Origin: an uncultured delta proteobacterium
GTDB taxonomy: Bacteria; Myxococcota_A; Polyangia; Polyangiales; B10-G4
Assembly (NCBI GenBank): GCA_963727445.1
Contig: CAVSGI010000009.1
Location: 192,001-256,000 of the forward strand
Length of the DNA: 64,000 nucleotides
Reading direction: 5' to 3'
A program made the translations under genes and the position numbers. Numbering within the stretch: the first letter of the stretch is position 1; each line of letters starts with the position of its first letter. Below the pieces are notes generated by a model that had not been told where the DNA came from, did no database searches, and saw only the letters and a list, made by a program, of their open reading frames with translations. This document shows positions 18,832 through 28,046 of this stretch, piece after piece.

Positions 18832-19827
18832 ATGAAAAGACGTCTGTCCGACAGCAAGTACATCACGACGAACGACGGCCAGCTGGGGGTCGTAGACGGG
18901 CTCGGGCCCATCTGCGACGTCCACACGCACCTCGCCCTCACCTACGTTCCCTCGGGCGACATCGACCTGTACGCGAAGGAGGTCGCTCGGCTCTATCTCG
19001 ACCCCGAGCGTGCACACGACTTCGACGTCTACATGAACAGGAACTTCGAGCCGGACGAGATGCGGCGCATGAAGATCGACTTCTCGCTCGGGTCGCTGCG
19101 CCGCGGTGGGATGCGCGGGACGCACACGGCGAAGGCGCTGGTCAATCACATGCGGCTATGCGGGGTCGAGCGCAGCGTCATCCTCGCCATCGATCTGCCG
19201 CACTCCACCGCCAACACCGACAGCTACGTGACGGTGGCGCGGGATCACGCCGAGCTCGTGCCGGCGGCGGCGATCCATCCGCTCGCGCGCGACGCAGAGT
19301 CACTGCTCCGAAGCGCCGTCGCCCGCGGCGCGAGAGCGTTGAAGATGCATCCAGCCGTGCAGCTGATGGAGCCCGACCACCCCAAGGCGATGCGGCTGTA
19401 CGAGGTGGCTGGCGAGCTCGGCATCCCCGTGGTCTGGCACTGCGGGCCGGTCGGGATCGTCTCGGAGCGCGCCGACGCGCGATGCCAGCTCAAGAACTAC
19501 TGGCGCCCCATCCACGATCTGCCGAACACCACCTTCGTGCTCGGTCACTCCGGCGCCCTTCAATACGAGATGGGCATCAAGCTCGCGCAGATGTACGACA
19601 ACGTGTACCTCGAGATCGCATCGCAGGGGGCGATGGGGCTGGATCAAATCCTGAAGTCCGCGCCCACCGACCGGATCATGAACGGCTCCGACTTCCCCTT
19701 CTATCACCAGGGATTCAGCGTCGTGAAGATCCTCGAGGCGACCGAACACGACGAAGCCCTCCGCCGTCGCCTGCTCTGGGACAACGCCGCCCGACTCTTC
19801 GATTTCGAGGAGCCCATCAAGGCGTGA
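18832..19827 (+). CDS. amidohydrolase family 2 protein
   Basis: DVHTH, LKMHP, VWHCG, VLGHSG, NVYLEIA, MNGSDFP. Confidence 0.88.
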   Translation: MKRRLSDSKYITTNDGQLGVVDGLGPICDVHTHLALTYVPSGDIDLYAKEVARLYLDPERAHDFDVYMNRNFEPDEMRRMKIDFSLGSLRRGGMRGTHTAKALVNHMRLCGVERSVILAIDLPHSTANTDSYVTVARDHAELVPAAAIHPLARDAESLLRSAVARGARALKMHPAVQLMEPDHPKAMRLYEVAGELGIPVVWHCGPVGIVSERADARCQLKNYWRPIHDLPNTTFVLGHSGALQYEMGIKLAQMYDNVYLEIASQGAMGLDQILKSAPTDRIMNGSDFPFYHQGFSVVKILEATEHDEALRRRLLWDNAARLFDFEEPIKA

Positions 19828-20947
19828 TGGTCGGCCCCGTGTCGAGCACCTCGAAGTCGCTGCCGTGTACGGCGCGGAGTCCGCTCGAGAGGTCGTCCAT
19901 GAGCGGGTCCCAGCGGTCGTCGCTGTCGCCGCTGATGTACCAGTCGCTTCCGTTGTCGGCGAGGATCAGTCCGTAGGTCTGCATCGCGCGGAGAACGACC
20001 TGGGCCGTGGCGGGCGCACTGTCGACGGGGTAGTCGGCGCGGAGGCGCAACCGCAATCCCATGGGCGGATCATCGCTTCCTCCCGAGCCCGCCTGGTGGG
20101 TCGCGGGGTGGATGTAGCTGGGCGCGGTGGTGGACATCGTGAAGCGGATCGCGTGGTGGATCTCGCCGGCGAGCACCTCCTCGACACGCACCAGGCCCGG
20201 AAGAATGGGCAAGCCGGCTGCGTCGGCGCTCGTCCAGCCCTCCGGCCGAAGCATGTTCGTGTCGAGAGGGAAGATGGCTGCGCTGGTGACCTCCCAGCTC
20301 GAGCCGTCGAAGTTCTGCGCGTTGTACAGCTCGTAGAGCGTGCAGTGGTCGGGCGCGCCGCCGGTGTCGAGATAGAGCACGTGGCGATCGCTGCCGGAGG
20401 AAGCGCCGGGTCCGTCTTCGATGGGCGCCGTGCCCGGGATCGGATAGCAGTAGTCCCCCCCGCCTCCGGGGCAGGCGAGCATGTCGCTCTCCTCCGGCCC
20501 TCCCGAGAAGGTCAGAGGGACCGGCGTCGCGCCCGTCCCGGCGATCCACGGGATGCCGTAGTGGTCGGAGGACCAGTTCCCCCAGTCCGGATGAACCGTC
20601 CCCGACGGATTCATGTTGCCGAGGAGGGTCGAAGCGCGCGGGTGAAGGGGGAGGCTGGAGACGTCCTGGTTCCAGGGATTGTCCGCCGGAAAGACGCGAC
20701 AGCCAGAGATGAAACCGCTCATGGGCGGGCCGGCGTCCGGCCGTGGCCCGCTGTCGATGCTGCCGTCCGGCCCGCCGTCGCTGCCCGAGCCGCTGTCGCG
20801 ACTCCCGTCCGGCCGCGCGCCGGTATCGCCCCCGCCGTCGGCTGCGCCCGTGTCACCCCCGCCATCGGCCCCGCCGCCGTCGTCCCCGCAGCCGACCGCG
20901 CCGGCGAGTAGCATCAAGATGAAGAGGAATCGAATCGTCGAGCGCAT
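19817..20947 (-). CDS. hypothetical lipoprotein
   Basis: Lipobox GAVGC, GADGGGDTG repeats, globular domain (FPADNPWNQDVS, DRHV, WTSADAAGLPILPGL, YGLILADNG). Confidence 0.8.
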   Translation of the reverse strand: MRSTIRFLFILMLLAGAVGCGDDGGGADGGGDTGAADGGGDTGARPDGSRDSGSGSDGGPDGSIDSGPRPDAGPPMSGFISGCRVFPADNPWNQDVSSLPLHPRASTLLGNMNPSGTVHPDWGNWSSDHYGIPWIAGTGATPVPLTFSGGPEESDMLACPGGGGDYCYPIPGTAPIEDGPGASSGSDRHVLYLDTGGAPDHCTLYELYNAQNFDGSSWEVTSAAIFPLDTNMLRPEGWTSADAAGLPILPGLVRVEEVLAGEIHHAIRFTMSTTAPSYIHPATHQAGSGGSDDPPMGLRLRLRADYPVDSAPATAQVVLRAMQTYGLILADNGSDWYISGDSDDRWDPLMDDLSSGLRAVHGSDFEVLDTGPTITP

Positions 20948-21001
20948 CGCTCCAGCATACGGTACTTGGCGCGCCCAGCGGGGGCGCTTAGCCTCCTGCT
21001 G

Positions 21002-22177
21002 ATGGCCGAGGACGACGCGGGCGCTTCCGGGCGCCCCTCCTACGAATATGGCGAGCGCGAGGTGGGCGATCTCTCGGCCCACGCCCTTTCCCCCGGCCAG
21101 GGACGCATCAGCGGCGCGCTTTCTCTCCTGCTCGGCGTCGGCTCCCTCTTCGGCGTCGCGTGCTTCTACTTCCCGGATCTGCTCACCACGCGAGAGCTCC
21201 GGGAGGTCTACGACGTCGCGGTCATCCGCAAAGTGCTGATGGTCGCGATGTACGTCGCGCTGGGCACCGGCATCTTCAGCTTCATCCGGGCGCGCGGTCA
21301 GCGCTGGATGGGCGCCGTCGGCGTGACCGCGACAGTCCTGTCGTTTCTCGCGGGCGGCTACCAGGTGCCTGTCGGCCCGGTGGAGCAAACGGGGCCCGGG
21401 GTGGGTGTCGACTGGATGCTCCTCGACCTGCTCAAGTCGACGATCATCTTCATCTTCCTCGAGAAGCTCTGGCCCAAGTATCCAGGCCAACCGATCCTGC
21501 GTCCCGAGTGGCAGCTCGACCTCGGCTACTTCGGCGTCAATCACCTCGCCATCGGCGTGTTGCTCATCATCGCCAACGGGTTCGCGCCGGAGGTCTTCGG
21601 CTGGGCGGTCAACGACACGGTGCAGAGCTTCGTCTCGAATCTGTGGCTCCCCGCGCAGGTGCTTCTGCTGATGTTCTGCGCCGACTTCGTCCAATACTGG
21701 CTCCATCGCGCCTATCACGAGGTTCCGTGGCTCTGGGGCTTGCACGCCGTCCATCATTCGGCGGAGCACATGGACTGGCTCGCTGGATCGCGCACCCACA
21801 TCGTTCAGACCCTCGTCGACCGCTGCCTCGTCTTCGTGCCGCTCTATCTCCTCGGCCCGAGTGAAAAGGCGCTCAACACCTACGTGGTCATCGTCGCCTT
21901 CCAGGCGGTGCTCATTCACTCGAACATCAACTGGAAGTTCGGTCCGCTGAGGTACCTGCTGGTCACGCCCCAGTTCCACCACTGGCACCACAGCAAGGAC
22001 AAGCCCGCGATCGACACCAACTACGCGGCGCACCTGCCCTTGCTCGACTGGATGTTCCGCACCTATCACATGCCCGACGAGCACTGGCCCAAGGAGTACG
22101 GGACCCTCAAGCGCCTTCCGCGCACCTTCGTTCGACAGCTCGTCTACCCCTTCGTCGGAGGCGAGGAGCGCGAATAG
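21002..22177 (+). CDS. sterol desaturase / fatty acid hydroxylase family protein
   Basis: Multi-TM with His boxes HRAYH, HAVHH, IHSN, FHHWHH. Confidence 0.92.
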   Translation: MAEDDAGASGRPSYEYGEREVGDLSAHALSPGQGRISGALSLLLGVGSLFGVACFYFPDLLTTRELREVYDVAVIRKVLMVAMYVALGTGIFSFIRARGQRWMGAVGVTATVLSFLAGGYQVPVGPVEQTGPGVGVDWMLLDLLKSTIIFIFLEKLWPKYPGQPILRPEWQLDLGYFGVNHLAIGVLLIIANGFAPEVFGWAVNDTVQSFVSNLWLPAQVLLLMFCADFVQYWLHRAYHEVPWLWGLHAVHHSAEHMDWLAGSRTHIVQTLVDRCLVFVPLYLLGPSEKALNTYVVIVAFQAVLIHSNINWKFGPLRYLLVTPQFHHWHHSKDKPAIDTNYAAHLPLLDWMFRTYHMPDEHWPKEYGTLKRLPRTFVRQLVYPFVGGEERE

Positions 22178-22466
22178 GGAGGGGCCTCAGCGGAGCAGGG
22201 CGAAGTCCGGGATGATCCCGCGACCACGGCCCTCGGGGAACATGGTCCCTCGATGGCGACACGCGATTCGAGGTATCTCGCGTTTGTCGGGTGATCCCGG
22301 CCCCGGGGCCCTCCAGGGGCCCCTCGGAGGCCTCGAATCTTTTTTCGTGGCGCCACCCCCCCACCCGCGCTACCTTGGCGCCCTAACGCTGCTCGTTGCA
22401 GCGCGCTCCACTCCTCGCGGCAGGGTAGTCAGGGCAACCCAAGCGCCGCCGAGTGAGAAGAGACGA

Positions 22467-22757
22467 GTGAACGAGGCCAGATTGGACCGCGGCCCCCGTG
22501 GGCAAGAAGCGGAAGAGTCGCAGATCGCGAACCTGGGCCGCCGGTGGGCGGAATCGGTTCGCGAGAGCCTTGCTGACGAGGGGCGACCCGCGTGTGGCGG
22601 CTGGCCCGGAACCGTCTCTGAAGCGCGGGCTCGCGTGCATGGCGAGGCGACCTCGCCCAGCGAGCACGAGCGTCTGGCGCGTCTCCTCTACGACGCCGCG
22701 CGCGCGTTCTGGCTCCAGAACCGCGATCCGCTCGCCGCGGAGCCGAGCCACAGCTGA
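22467..22757 (+). CDS. small hypothetical protein (GGWPGTxSEAR motif)
   Basis: GTG start; helical-looking sequence GRRWAESVR...GGWPGTVSEARAR...LYDAARAFW; first gene before the RRM and helicase. Confidence 0.55.
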   Translation: MNEARLDRGPRGQEAEESQIANLGRRWAESVRESLADEGRPACGGWPGTVSEARARVHGEATSPSEHERLARLLYDAARAFWLQNRDPLAAEPSHS

Positions 22758-22804
22758 CGGACTGGCATTTCTCGCCGGTTCACCTGAACGAAAAGAGATA
22801 GAGA

Positions 22805-23086
22805 ATGAGTAAGAAGCTATTCGTAGGCGGCCTGAGCTGGGACACCAACGACCGGGGGCTCGAAGAAGCCTTCGCGACGTTTGGCACGGTCCTCGAGGCC
22901 AAGGTCATTACCGACCGTGACACTGGGCGTTCCCGTGGTTTCGGGTTCGTCACCCTCGAAGACGCCGGCGCCGCTCAGACGGCGATGGAAGAGATGGATG
23001 GCGCGACCCTCGACGGACGCAGCATCCGCGTCAACGAGGCGAACGAGCGTTCGCGCGACAGCCGTCCTCGCCGCAAGGAGTGGTGA
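22805..23086 (+). CDS. RRM (RNP-1) RNA-binding protein
   Basis: RNP2 KLFVGGL, RNP1 RGFGFVTL, LDGRSIRVNEA. Confidence 0.97.
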   Translation: MSKKLFVGGLSWDTNDRGLEEAFATFGTVLEAKVITDRDTGRSRGFGFVTLEDAGAAQTAMEEMDGATLDGRSIRVNEANERSRDSRPRRKEW

Positions 23087-23089
23087 CAC

Positions 23090-24376
23090 ATCGAAGCCGT
23101 AACTTTCGATGATCTCGGCCTCGGCCCCGACGTCCTCAGGGCCGTGGCCGAGGCCGGTTACCGCGAGCCCACGCCCATCCAGCGCAAGGCGGTACCTCCA
23201 GCTCTCGCTGGACGAGATCTCCTGGGCTCCGCCCAGACGGGGACGGGCAAGACGGCGGCCTTCGGTCTGCCGCTCCTCGAGCGCGTGTCGGCGACCGCCG
23301 GCAAGAAGGTCGTCCTGCGTGCGCTGATCCTCACGCCCACACGTGAGCTCGCCGCTCAGATCGGCGACAACCTCGCCACTTACGGCAGGTACCTGTCCCT
23401 CTATCACACGGTGATCTTCGGGGGTGTGAACGACAAGCCGCAGATCGACGAGCTCGACAAGGGCGTCGACGTTCTGGTGGCCACCCCCGGGCGCCTCCTC
23501 GACTTGATGGGCCGGGGCCTCGTCGACCTGGCCGACGTGGAGATCTTCGTCCTCGACGAGGCGGACCGCATGTTGGACATGGGCTTCCTGCCAGACGTGA
23601 AGCGCGTGATCGCGGCGCTCCCGACCGAGCGTCAGACCCTCTTCTTTTCGGCGACGATGCCGAAGGAGATCCGCGCGCTCGCAGAGGATCTCCTCGACGA
23701 TCCCGTCACCGTTGCGGTGGCACCGGTTTCGGCCGCTGCCGACAACGTCGCGCAGCGGGTCTACTTCGTCGACAAGGCCGACAAGAAGCGGCTGCTCGTC
23801 GACCTCCTACGTGACGAGGCGCTCGAGCACACCCTGGTGTTCTCCCGGACGAAGCACGGCGCGAACCGCGTGGTGAAGCAGCTCGACCGGGCGGGGATCG
23901 CCGCGGCGGCAATTCACGGCAACAAGTCCCAGGGCGCGCGCACTCGCGCCCTCGACGGGTTCCGCTCCGGCGATCTCAACGTGTTGATCGCCACGGACAT
24001 CGCCGCGCGCGGCATCGACGTCGAGGGGATCACACACGTGATCAACTACGATCTGCCGAACGTGCCCGAGACGTACGTCCATCGGATCGGGCGAACGGCC
24101 CGCGCCGGCGCTTCGGGCGTCGCCGTGTCGTTCTGCGAGACGGAGGAGCGCCCCTATCTCGCCGACATCGAGCGCCTGTTGGGCAAACACATCGACCGCG
24201 CTCTGGACCACGGCTATCCGCCATCCGAGCCACCGCCTCCCCCGACCGACCTCGCCCCGAGAAAGGGTGAGCGTCGAGCTCGGCCTTCGAGGAGCGGAGG
24301 ACCCGAGCGCGCCGGGCGCAATGGTGGCAGGCGTGGTGGCTGGCGGCGCCGCGGCTCCCGCCGTCAGTCTCGCTGA
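23090..24376 (+). CDS. rhlE: DEAD-box RNA helicase, RhlE-like (start codon uncertain)
   Basis: Q-motif FDDLGL...[45 protein letters not shown], basic tail. No ATG/GTG/TTG precedes the Q-motif Phe (23105); the start is set tentatively at ATC 23090. Confidence 0.85.
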   Translation: MEAVTFDDLGLGPDVLRAVAEAGYREPTPIQRKAVPPALAGRDLLGSAQTGTGKTAAFGLPLLERVSATAGKKVVLRALILTPTRELAAQIGDNLATYGRYLSLYHTVIFGGVNDKPQIDELDKGVDVLVATPGRLLDLMGRGLVDLADVEIFVLDEADRMLDMGFLPDVKRVIAALPTERQTLFFSATMPKEIRALAEDLLDDPVTVAVAPVSAAADNVAQRVYFVDKADKKRLLVDLLRDEALEHTLVFSRTKHGANRVVKQLDRAGIAAAAIHGNKSQGARTRALDGFRSGDLNVLIATDIAARGIDVEGITHVINYDLPNVPETYVHRIGRTARAGASGVAVSFCETEERPYLADIERLLGKHIDRALDHGYPPSEPPPPPTDLAPRKGERRARPSRSGGPERAGRNGGRRGGWRRRGSRRQSR

Positions 24377-24434
24377 TCTCGCGCGAGGTTCGGCGAAGAC
24401 GGCGCCGCCCGAACGCGGTTGACGCCCTGCTGCG

Positions 24435-24890
24435 TCAGCGAAGGGCGTCGAAGTCCGGCTCGTCGAGCTCGAAGGTGAAGGGTAGCGGGAGCTTTGCGTC
24501 TTCCAGTCTGATCAGCAGCAGCATCAGGTCGGTCGAAGTGACGAGCCCGATGAGCTTCTGCGCGGCATCCACGACGGGCACGGCGTCGATCTTGAGCTCG
24601 GTCATCGTCCGCACCAGGTCGGCGACGTCGGTGTTGGCCTCGCAGACGTAGGGCGCGGGCGTCATCACTTCGGTGACCGTGACACCGTCGACCTCCATCA
24701 TTCCCTCCCCCAACGGGCTCGCGTGCAGGAGGACGTCGCGATCGGAGACGATTCCCACCAGGCAGCCGGCCTCGACGACGGGCAGGTGCCGGAACCGGCC
24801 CTGCTTCATCATCCGCCACGCATCCGAGAGCGGGAAGGCCGGGGGAACGACCACGACGCGGCGAGTCATCGGTTCCTTGGCGAGCGTCAT
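24435..24890 (-). CDS. CBS domain pair protein
   Basis: FRHLPVV...LVGIVSDRD, VMTPAP, IDAVPVVD...LIGLVTSTD. The start could be up to 24941. Confidence 0.88.
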   Translation of the reverse strand: MTLAKEPMTRRVVVVPPAFPLSDAWRMMKQGRFRHLPVVEAGCLVGIVSDRDVLLHASPLGEGMMEVDGVTVTEVMTPAPYVCEANTDVADLVRTMTELKIDAVPVVDAAQKLIGLVTSTDLMLLLIRLEDAKLPLPFTFELDEPDFDALR

Positions 24891-24962
24891 GGTCGTCAGG
24901 TAAACACCGCGCACGCGTTGGGAAGGGCGGCTCTCGGTCACGGCTGATCGACGTGCCGGCCG

Positions 24963-26024
24963 TCAGAGGCATACACCGAAATTGGACGGATCGTAGGGAA
25001 CGCAGTCCGTGGCGCTCGAGCAGCCGCTGGCGCGTATGTCGCAGTACGCGAGACAGGTCAGTGTGGACGTGTCGCCCGTGCACGTGAGGCCGGGCAGACA
25101 ATCGCCGTAGGCCGTGCACGTCTGGCCCTCCGATCGCGTCCCCGCGGGTCCACAGTACGTGTGACCCATCTCGTCGTAGATGTCGCACTTCGTGCCGGCG
25201 GGACACACGTCCGTCCGTGTCGGATTGCACCCGGTGGAGCACACCCCGGCGTCGAGGGTAGTGGGCGCGCAGAAGGTCCCTTCCGCCACCGGGCAATCGG
25301 CGTCCGTCCTGCACCACCGGAGACAGATGCTCGGCGTCGAACCGTCGGAGCTCGTCGCGGTACAGGTGAGCCCGCGCGCGCAGTCGATGACGTCCAGACA
25401 CTCGGCGTTGTCGCCCGCGGCGCCCGCGGTGTAGCAGACGTAATCCGGTGTGGTCTCGGTACCCGAGTAGACGCACTGGAGGCCCGGACCGCAGAGCGTC
25501 TGATCCACGAGGTCTTCGGCCGTGCAAAACCCTCCGGTCGTCGCGTCCGTCGAGGAGTCGAACATCGCATCGACGGTGGCCGCGTCCGAGCCAGCGTCGA
25601 CCAGCAGATCCTCGCAGACGCCCGAAGTACAACGCGAGGCCTCGCAGCGTCGACTGGGGCGCAAGGTGTCGACCAGGGTGAGCGTCACGGTCTCACCGGG
25701 CGCAAGCGGCAGGGTGCGCTCCTGACAGGCGAGCGCGTAGACGACGCATGCGTCGTCGACGGCGACCGCATCGAAGCCGTAAACGCCGGGCGGGAGCACG
25801 CCGGGTCGCGGTCCCATCGCCTCTCCAGGGATCACCGCGGTGGCGTAGAGCTCGGTGGTACCGTCGCAACCGCCACCGAGGATCCTCGCCTCGACACGCG
25901 CAGCACGCAGGGGATCGGTGCCAGTGCCGAAGACGACCTCCCAACCGAGATCGCGATCGGGAGATCCACACCCCGCGGTGGCGAGAAGGAGCGCGGCGAC
26001 CATCGCGGGACCCCTGGGTGGCAT
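24963..26024 (-). CDS. Cys-rich lipoprotein
   Basis: Lipobox LATAGC, DAGSDAA linker, repeated C-x4-DC-x2-GLxC motifs. Confidence 0.8.
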   Translation of the reverse strand: MPPRGPAMVAALLLATAGCGSPDRDLGWEVVFGTGTDPLRAARVEARILGGGCDGTTELYATAVIPGEAMGPRPGVLPPGVYGFDAVAVDDACVVYALACQERTLPLAPGETVTLTLVDTLRPSRRCEASRCTSGVCEDLLVDAGSDAATVDAMFDSSTDATTGGFCTAEDLVDQTLCGPGLQCVYSGTETTPDYVCYTAGAAGDNAECLDVIDCARGLTCTATSSDGSTPSICLRWCRTDADCPVAEGTFCAPTTLDAGVCSTGCNPTRTDVCPAGTKCDIYDEMGHTYCGPAGTRSEGQTCTAYGDCLPGLTCTGDTSTLTCLAYCDIRASGCSSATDCVPYDPSNFGVCL

Positions 26025-26148
26025 GACGCTGCAGATGATAGCGGCTCGACCGGCCTCGGACGCGTCCACTCGAAACAGAGTTGAAACGGCTGAAACGAAC
26101 CGGGGGGACGGATGGGGCTCTTAATTCAGTCATTTCGATCCAGTCGGG

Positions 26149-26164
26149 TGGCACGGGGAGTGCT
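26149..26164 (+). promoter_or_regulatory. putative sigma54 promoter with upstream GAAAC repeats
   Basis: TGGCACG-GGGA-GTGCT starts 29 nt before ATG 26178; GAAAC at 26072, 26083 and 26092; AT-rich tract at about 26121-26136. Confidence 0.55.
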
Positions 26165-26177
26165 CCGAGGGTGCGCC

Positions 26178-26825
26178 ATGCTCACAGCCATTGGCGACGT
26201 CATGCGCCGCCTCTACGACCGCGGCTTCATCACCACGCGGGACGGGAACGCGAGCTTGAAACGCCGCGACTCCAAGTTCCTCTACATCACGCCTTCCGGG
26301 TGGCGGAAGACGATCCTTCACCCCGAGCACATCGTGAAGCTCCGCTTCGGCGAGGACCGCACGCTCGAGATCCCCGATGGCGAAAAGCCTTCGGGTGAGC
26401 TGCACATGCACTACCTCCTACAGCGGGATCACGAGACGACGCGCGCGGTGCTACATGCGCATCCGACCCACGTCGTCGCGGCGATGTACCGCGGATTCTC
26501 TCTACGGAGCATCGCGACGGAGTTCCCCGAGATCTTTCGATACACGCGGGTTGGACCGACCGTTCCGACGATCCCCGCCATCACCAAGGAGCTGGGCGAG
26601 GCGACGAGTGAGGCATTCGGAGTGCGAGCGGGGCGCGAAGCGCTCGCCTTCGACGTGGTCGGTCAAGCGAACCACGGTGTCACCGCTGTGGCGAAAGACC
26701 CCTGGGCGGCATACGAACACATCGAGCGCCTCGACCACGTCTGTCAGATCGTTCTCGCCAGCGGCGTGACGCCGGACGAGGTTCGAGAGAGTGCGACGAC
26801 CTGCCGCATGCAAGAGCGCGCATGA
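26178..26825 (+). CDS. class II aldolase/adducin family protein
   Basis: DGNASL, ITPSG, PSGELHMH, VLHAHP, NHGV. Confidence 0.92.
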   Translation: MLTAIGDVMRRLYDRGFITTRDGNASLKRRDSKFLYITPSGWRKTILHPEHIVKLRFGEDRTLEIPDGEKPSGELHMHYLLQRDHETTRAVLHAHPTHVVAAMYRGFSLRSIATEFPEIFRYTRVGPTVPTIPAITKELGEATSEAFGVRAGREALAFDVVGQANHGVTAVAKDPWAAYEHIERLDHVCQIVLASGVTPDEVRESATTCRMQERA

Positions 26826-26912
26826 GTTGCGCCACTGAAGCTCGCGCGAGCGATTGTTGGGAATACGTTGCCACCGAGGGAGTTCCCTTTCCGAGACTGG
26901 CTGCGTTCCTAT

Positions 26913-27341
26913 GTGACGCTCGTGAAGGATGACCCCAAAGACGAGGCCCGACGACGGTTTCTGGTGAGCGCTGGGACCGTCGCCGCCGGCGCGTGCCTGG
27001 GCCTTGGATGTCGGGGGCTCCAGGTCCTCACGCACGACGTCTCCGTCGTCGTGGCCGACCATTCCGAGCTCACGTCTTTCGATCAGACGGCGCTCATCGA
27101 CGTGGGGCTCGGCTATCCGCTCGCGGTGACGCGTACCAGCGACACCGACTTCCTCGTCACGGGGACGGAGTGCAACCACGCGGGCTGCGAGGTCACGCGC
27201 TCCGGCACGGGATGGCGATGCCCCTGTCACGGCTCGGTCTTCGATCTCGACGGGACCCTCCGTCGCGGGCCGGCCACCGCGAGCCTGACGACGTACGACT
27301 ACGTGTTCGACGGGACGACGCTCACGATTCACGGCCAGTAG
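26913..27341 (+). CDS. Tat-exported Rieske [2Fe-2S] protein
   Basis: Twin-arginine signal RRRFL; CNHAGC and CPCHGS; GPA. Confidence 0.9.
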   Translation: MTLVKDDPKDEARRRFLVSAGTVAAGACLGLGCRGLQVLTHDVSVVVADHSELTSFDQTALIDVGLGYPLAVTRTSDTDFLVTGTECNHAGCEVTRSGTGWRCPCHGSVFDLDGTLRRGPATASLTTYDYVFDGTTLTIHGQ

Positions 27342-27440
27342 AAGCTTCGACAGAAGCCGATCGTCGACCCGGCATGGGACGGACGACGCGAAAGGTGTCG
27401 AAGAAGCGATCCGACGCGGGCCGTCGCACGTACCGTCTCC

Positions 27441-27989
27441 GTGAGGCTCCAGTGGTGGTTCGGAATCGTGGCCTGCGCGACGCTGCTGTGCCTGAGCTCG
27501 CCGGCGCGCGCATGGGATGGCCCGACCCTCTTCGGCCGGCCGGTCACGCGCACCGGCGTTCACTTCGAATTCGGTCTCGGCGTGGGAGTCGGCACGCAAG
27601 GTATTTTCGGGCTCCATCACACCATGGAGCTCGGCGGCACGCTGAAGAGTGGGGTCACCATCGCTTTGCTCCACACCTTCATCCAGAACCGTGGGATCGG
27701 ACCCGTGAGCAACGGGCCCGACCTGATCGGCGCGTGGATGGGGGAGGTGAAGGTGCCGATCTTCGTTCCGGAGATCGTCGCGAAGCTCGCGTTCGGCCTC
27801 GGCGGGGAGCACGACCAGAGCGACGGCATCCGCCTCATTCCGGGCATCGGTTGGGCGTACGGGATCGACTTCCACTTCCCGGTGGGACCGCGTCACGGGC
27901 CGACGCTGGGACTGACGGTGCTGCACACGCTCGCCGAGGGACGTCACAGCGTCGGCTTCGGCGTCGCGCTCGGATGGACGCTCTTCTGA
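27441..27989 (+). CDS. hypothetical outer-membrane beta-barrel-like protein
   Basis: Signal peptide ending ARA, alternating Gly/hydrophobic strands, C-terminal F. Confidence 0.7.
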   Translation: MRLQWWFGIVACATLLCLSSPARAWDGPTLFGRPVTRTGVHFEFGLGVGVGTQGIFGLHHTMELGGTLKSGVTIALLHTFIQNRGIGPVSNGPDLIGAWMGEVKVPIFVPEIVAKLAFGLGGEHDQSDGIRLIPGIGWAYGIDFHFPVGPRHGPTLGLTVLHTLAEGRHSVGFGVALGWTLF

Positions 27990-28046
27990 CCTCGCGCCGA
28001 ACACGCGGAGGGCGTCTCTCGACCGAATGTATGAGAACCTCGGAGC

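Noticed and set aside
18748..19149. N-terminal extension of GlmS in the 934-aa ORF
   Set aside because: Ntn amidotransferases need the Cys at the N-terminus (MCG at 18747), and the extension overlaps the divergent amidohydrolase gene.
23084..23115. Selenocysteine codon with SECIS at the RRM stop
   Set aside because: The hairpin loop is closer to the UGA than in typical bacterial SECIS elements, and no catalytic Cys/Sec is expected at an RRM-helicase junction.
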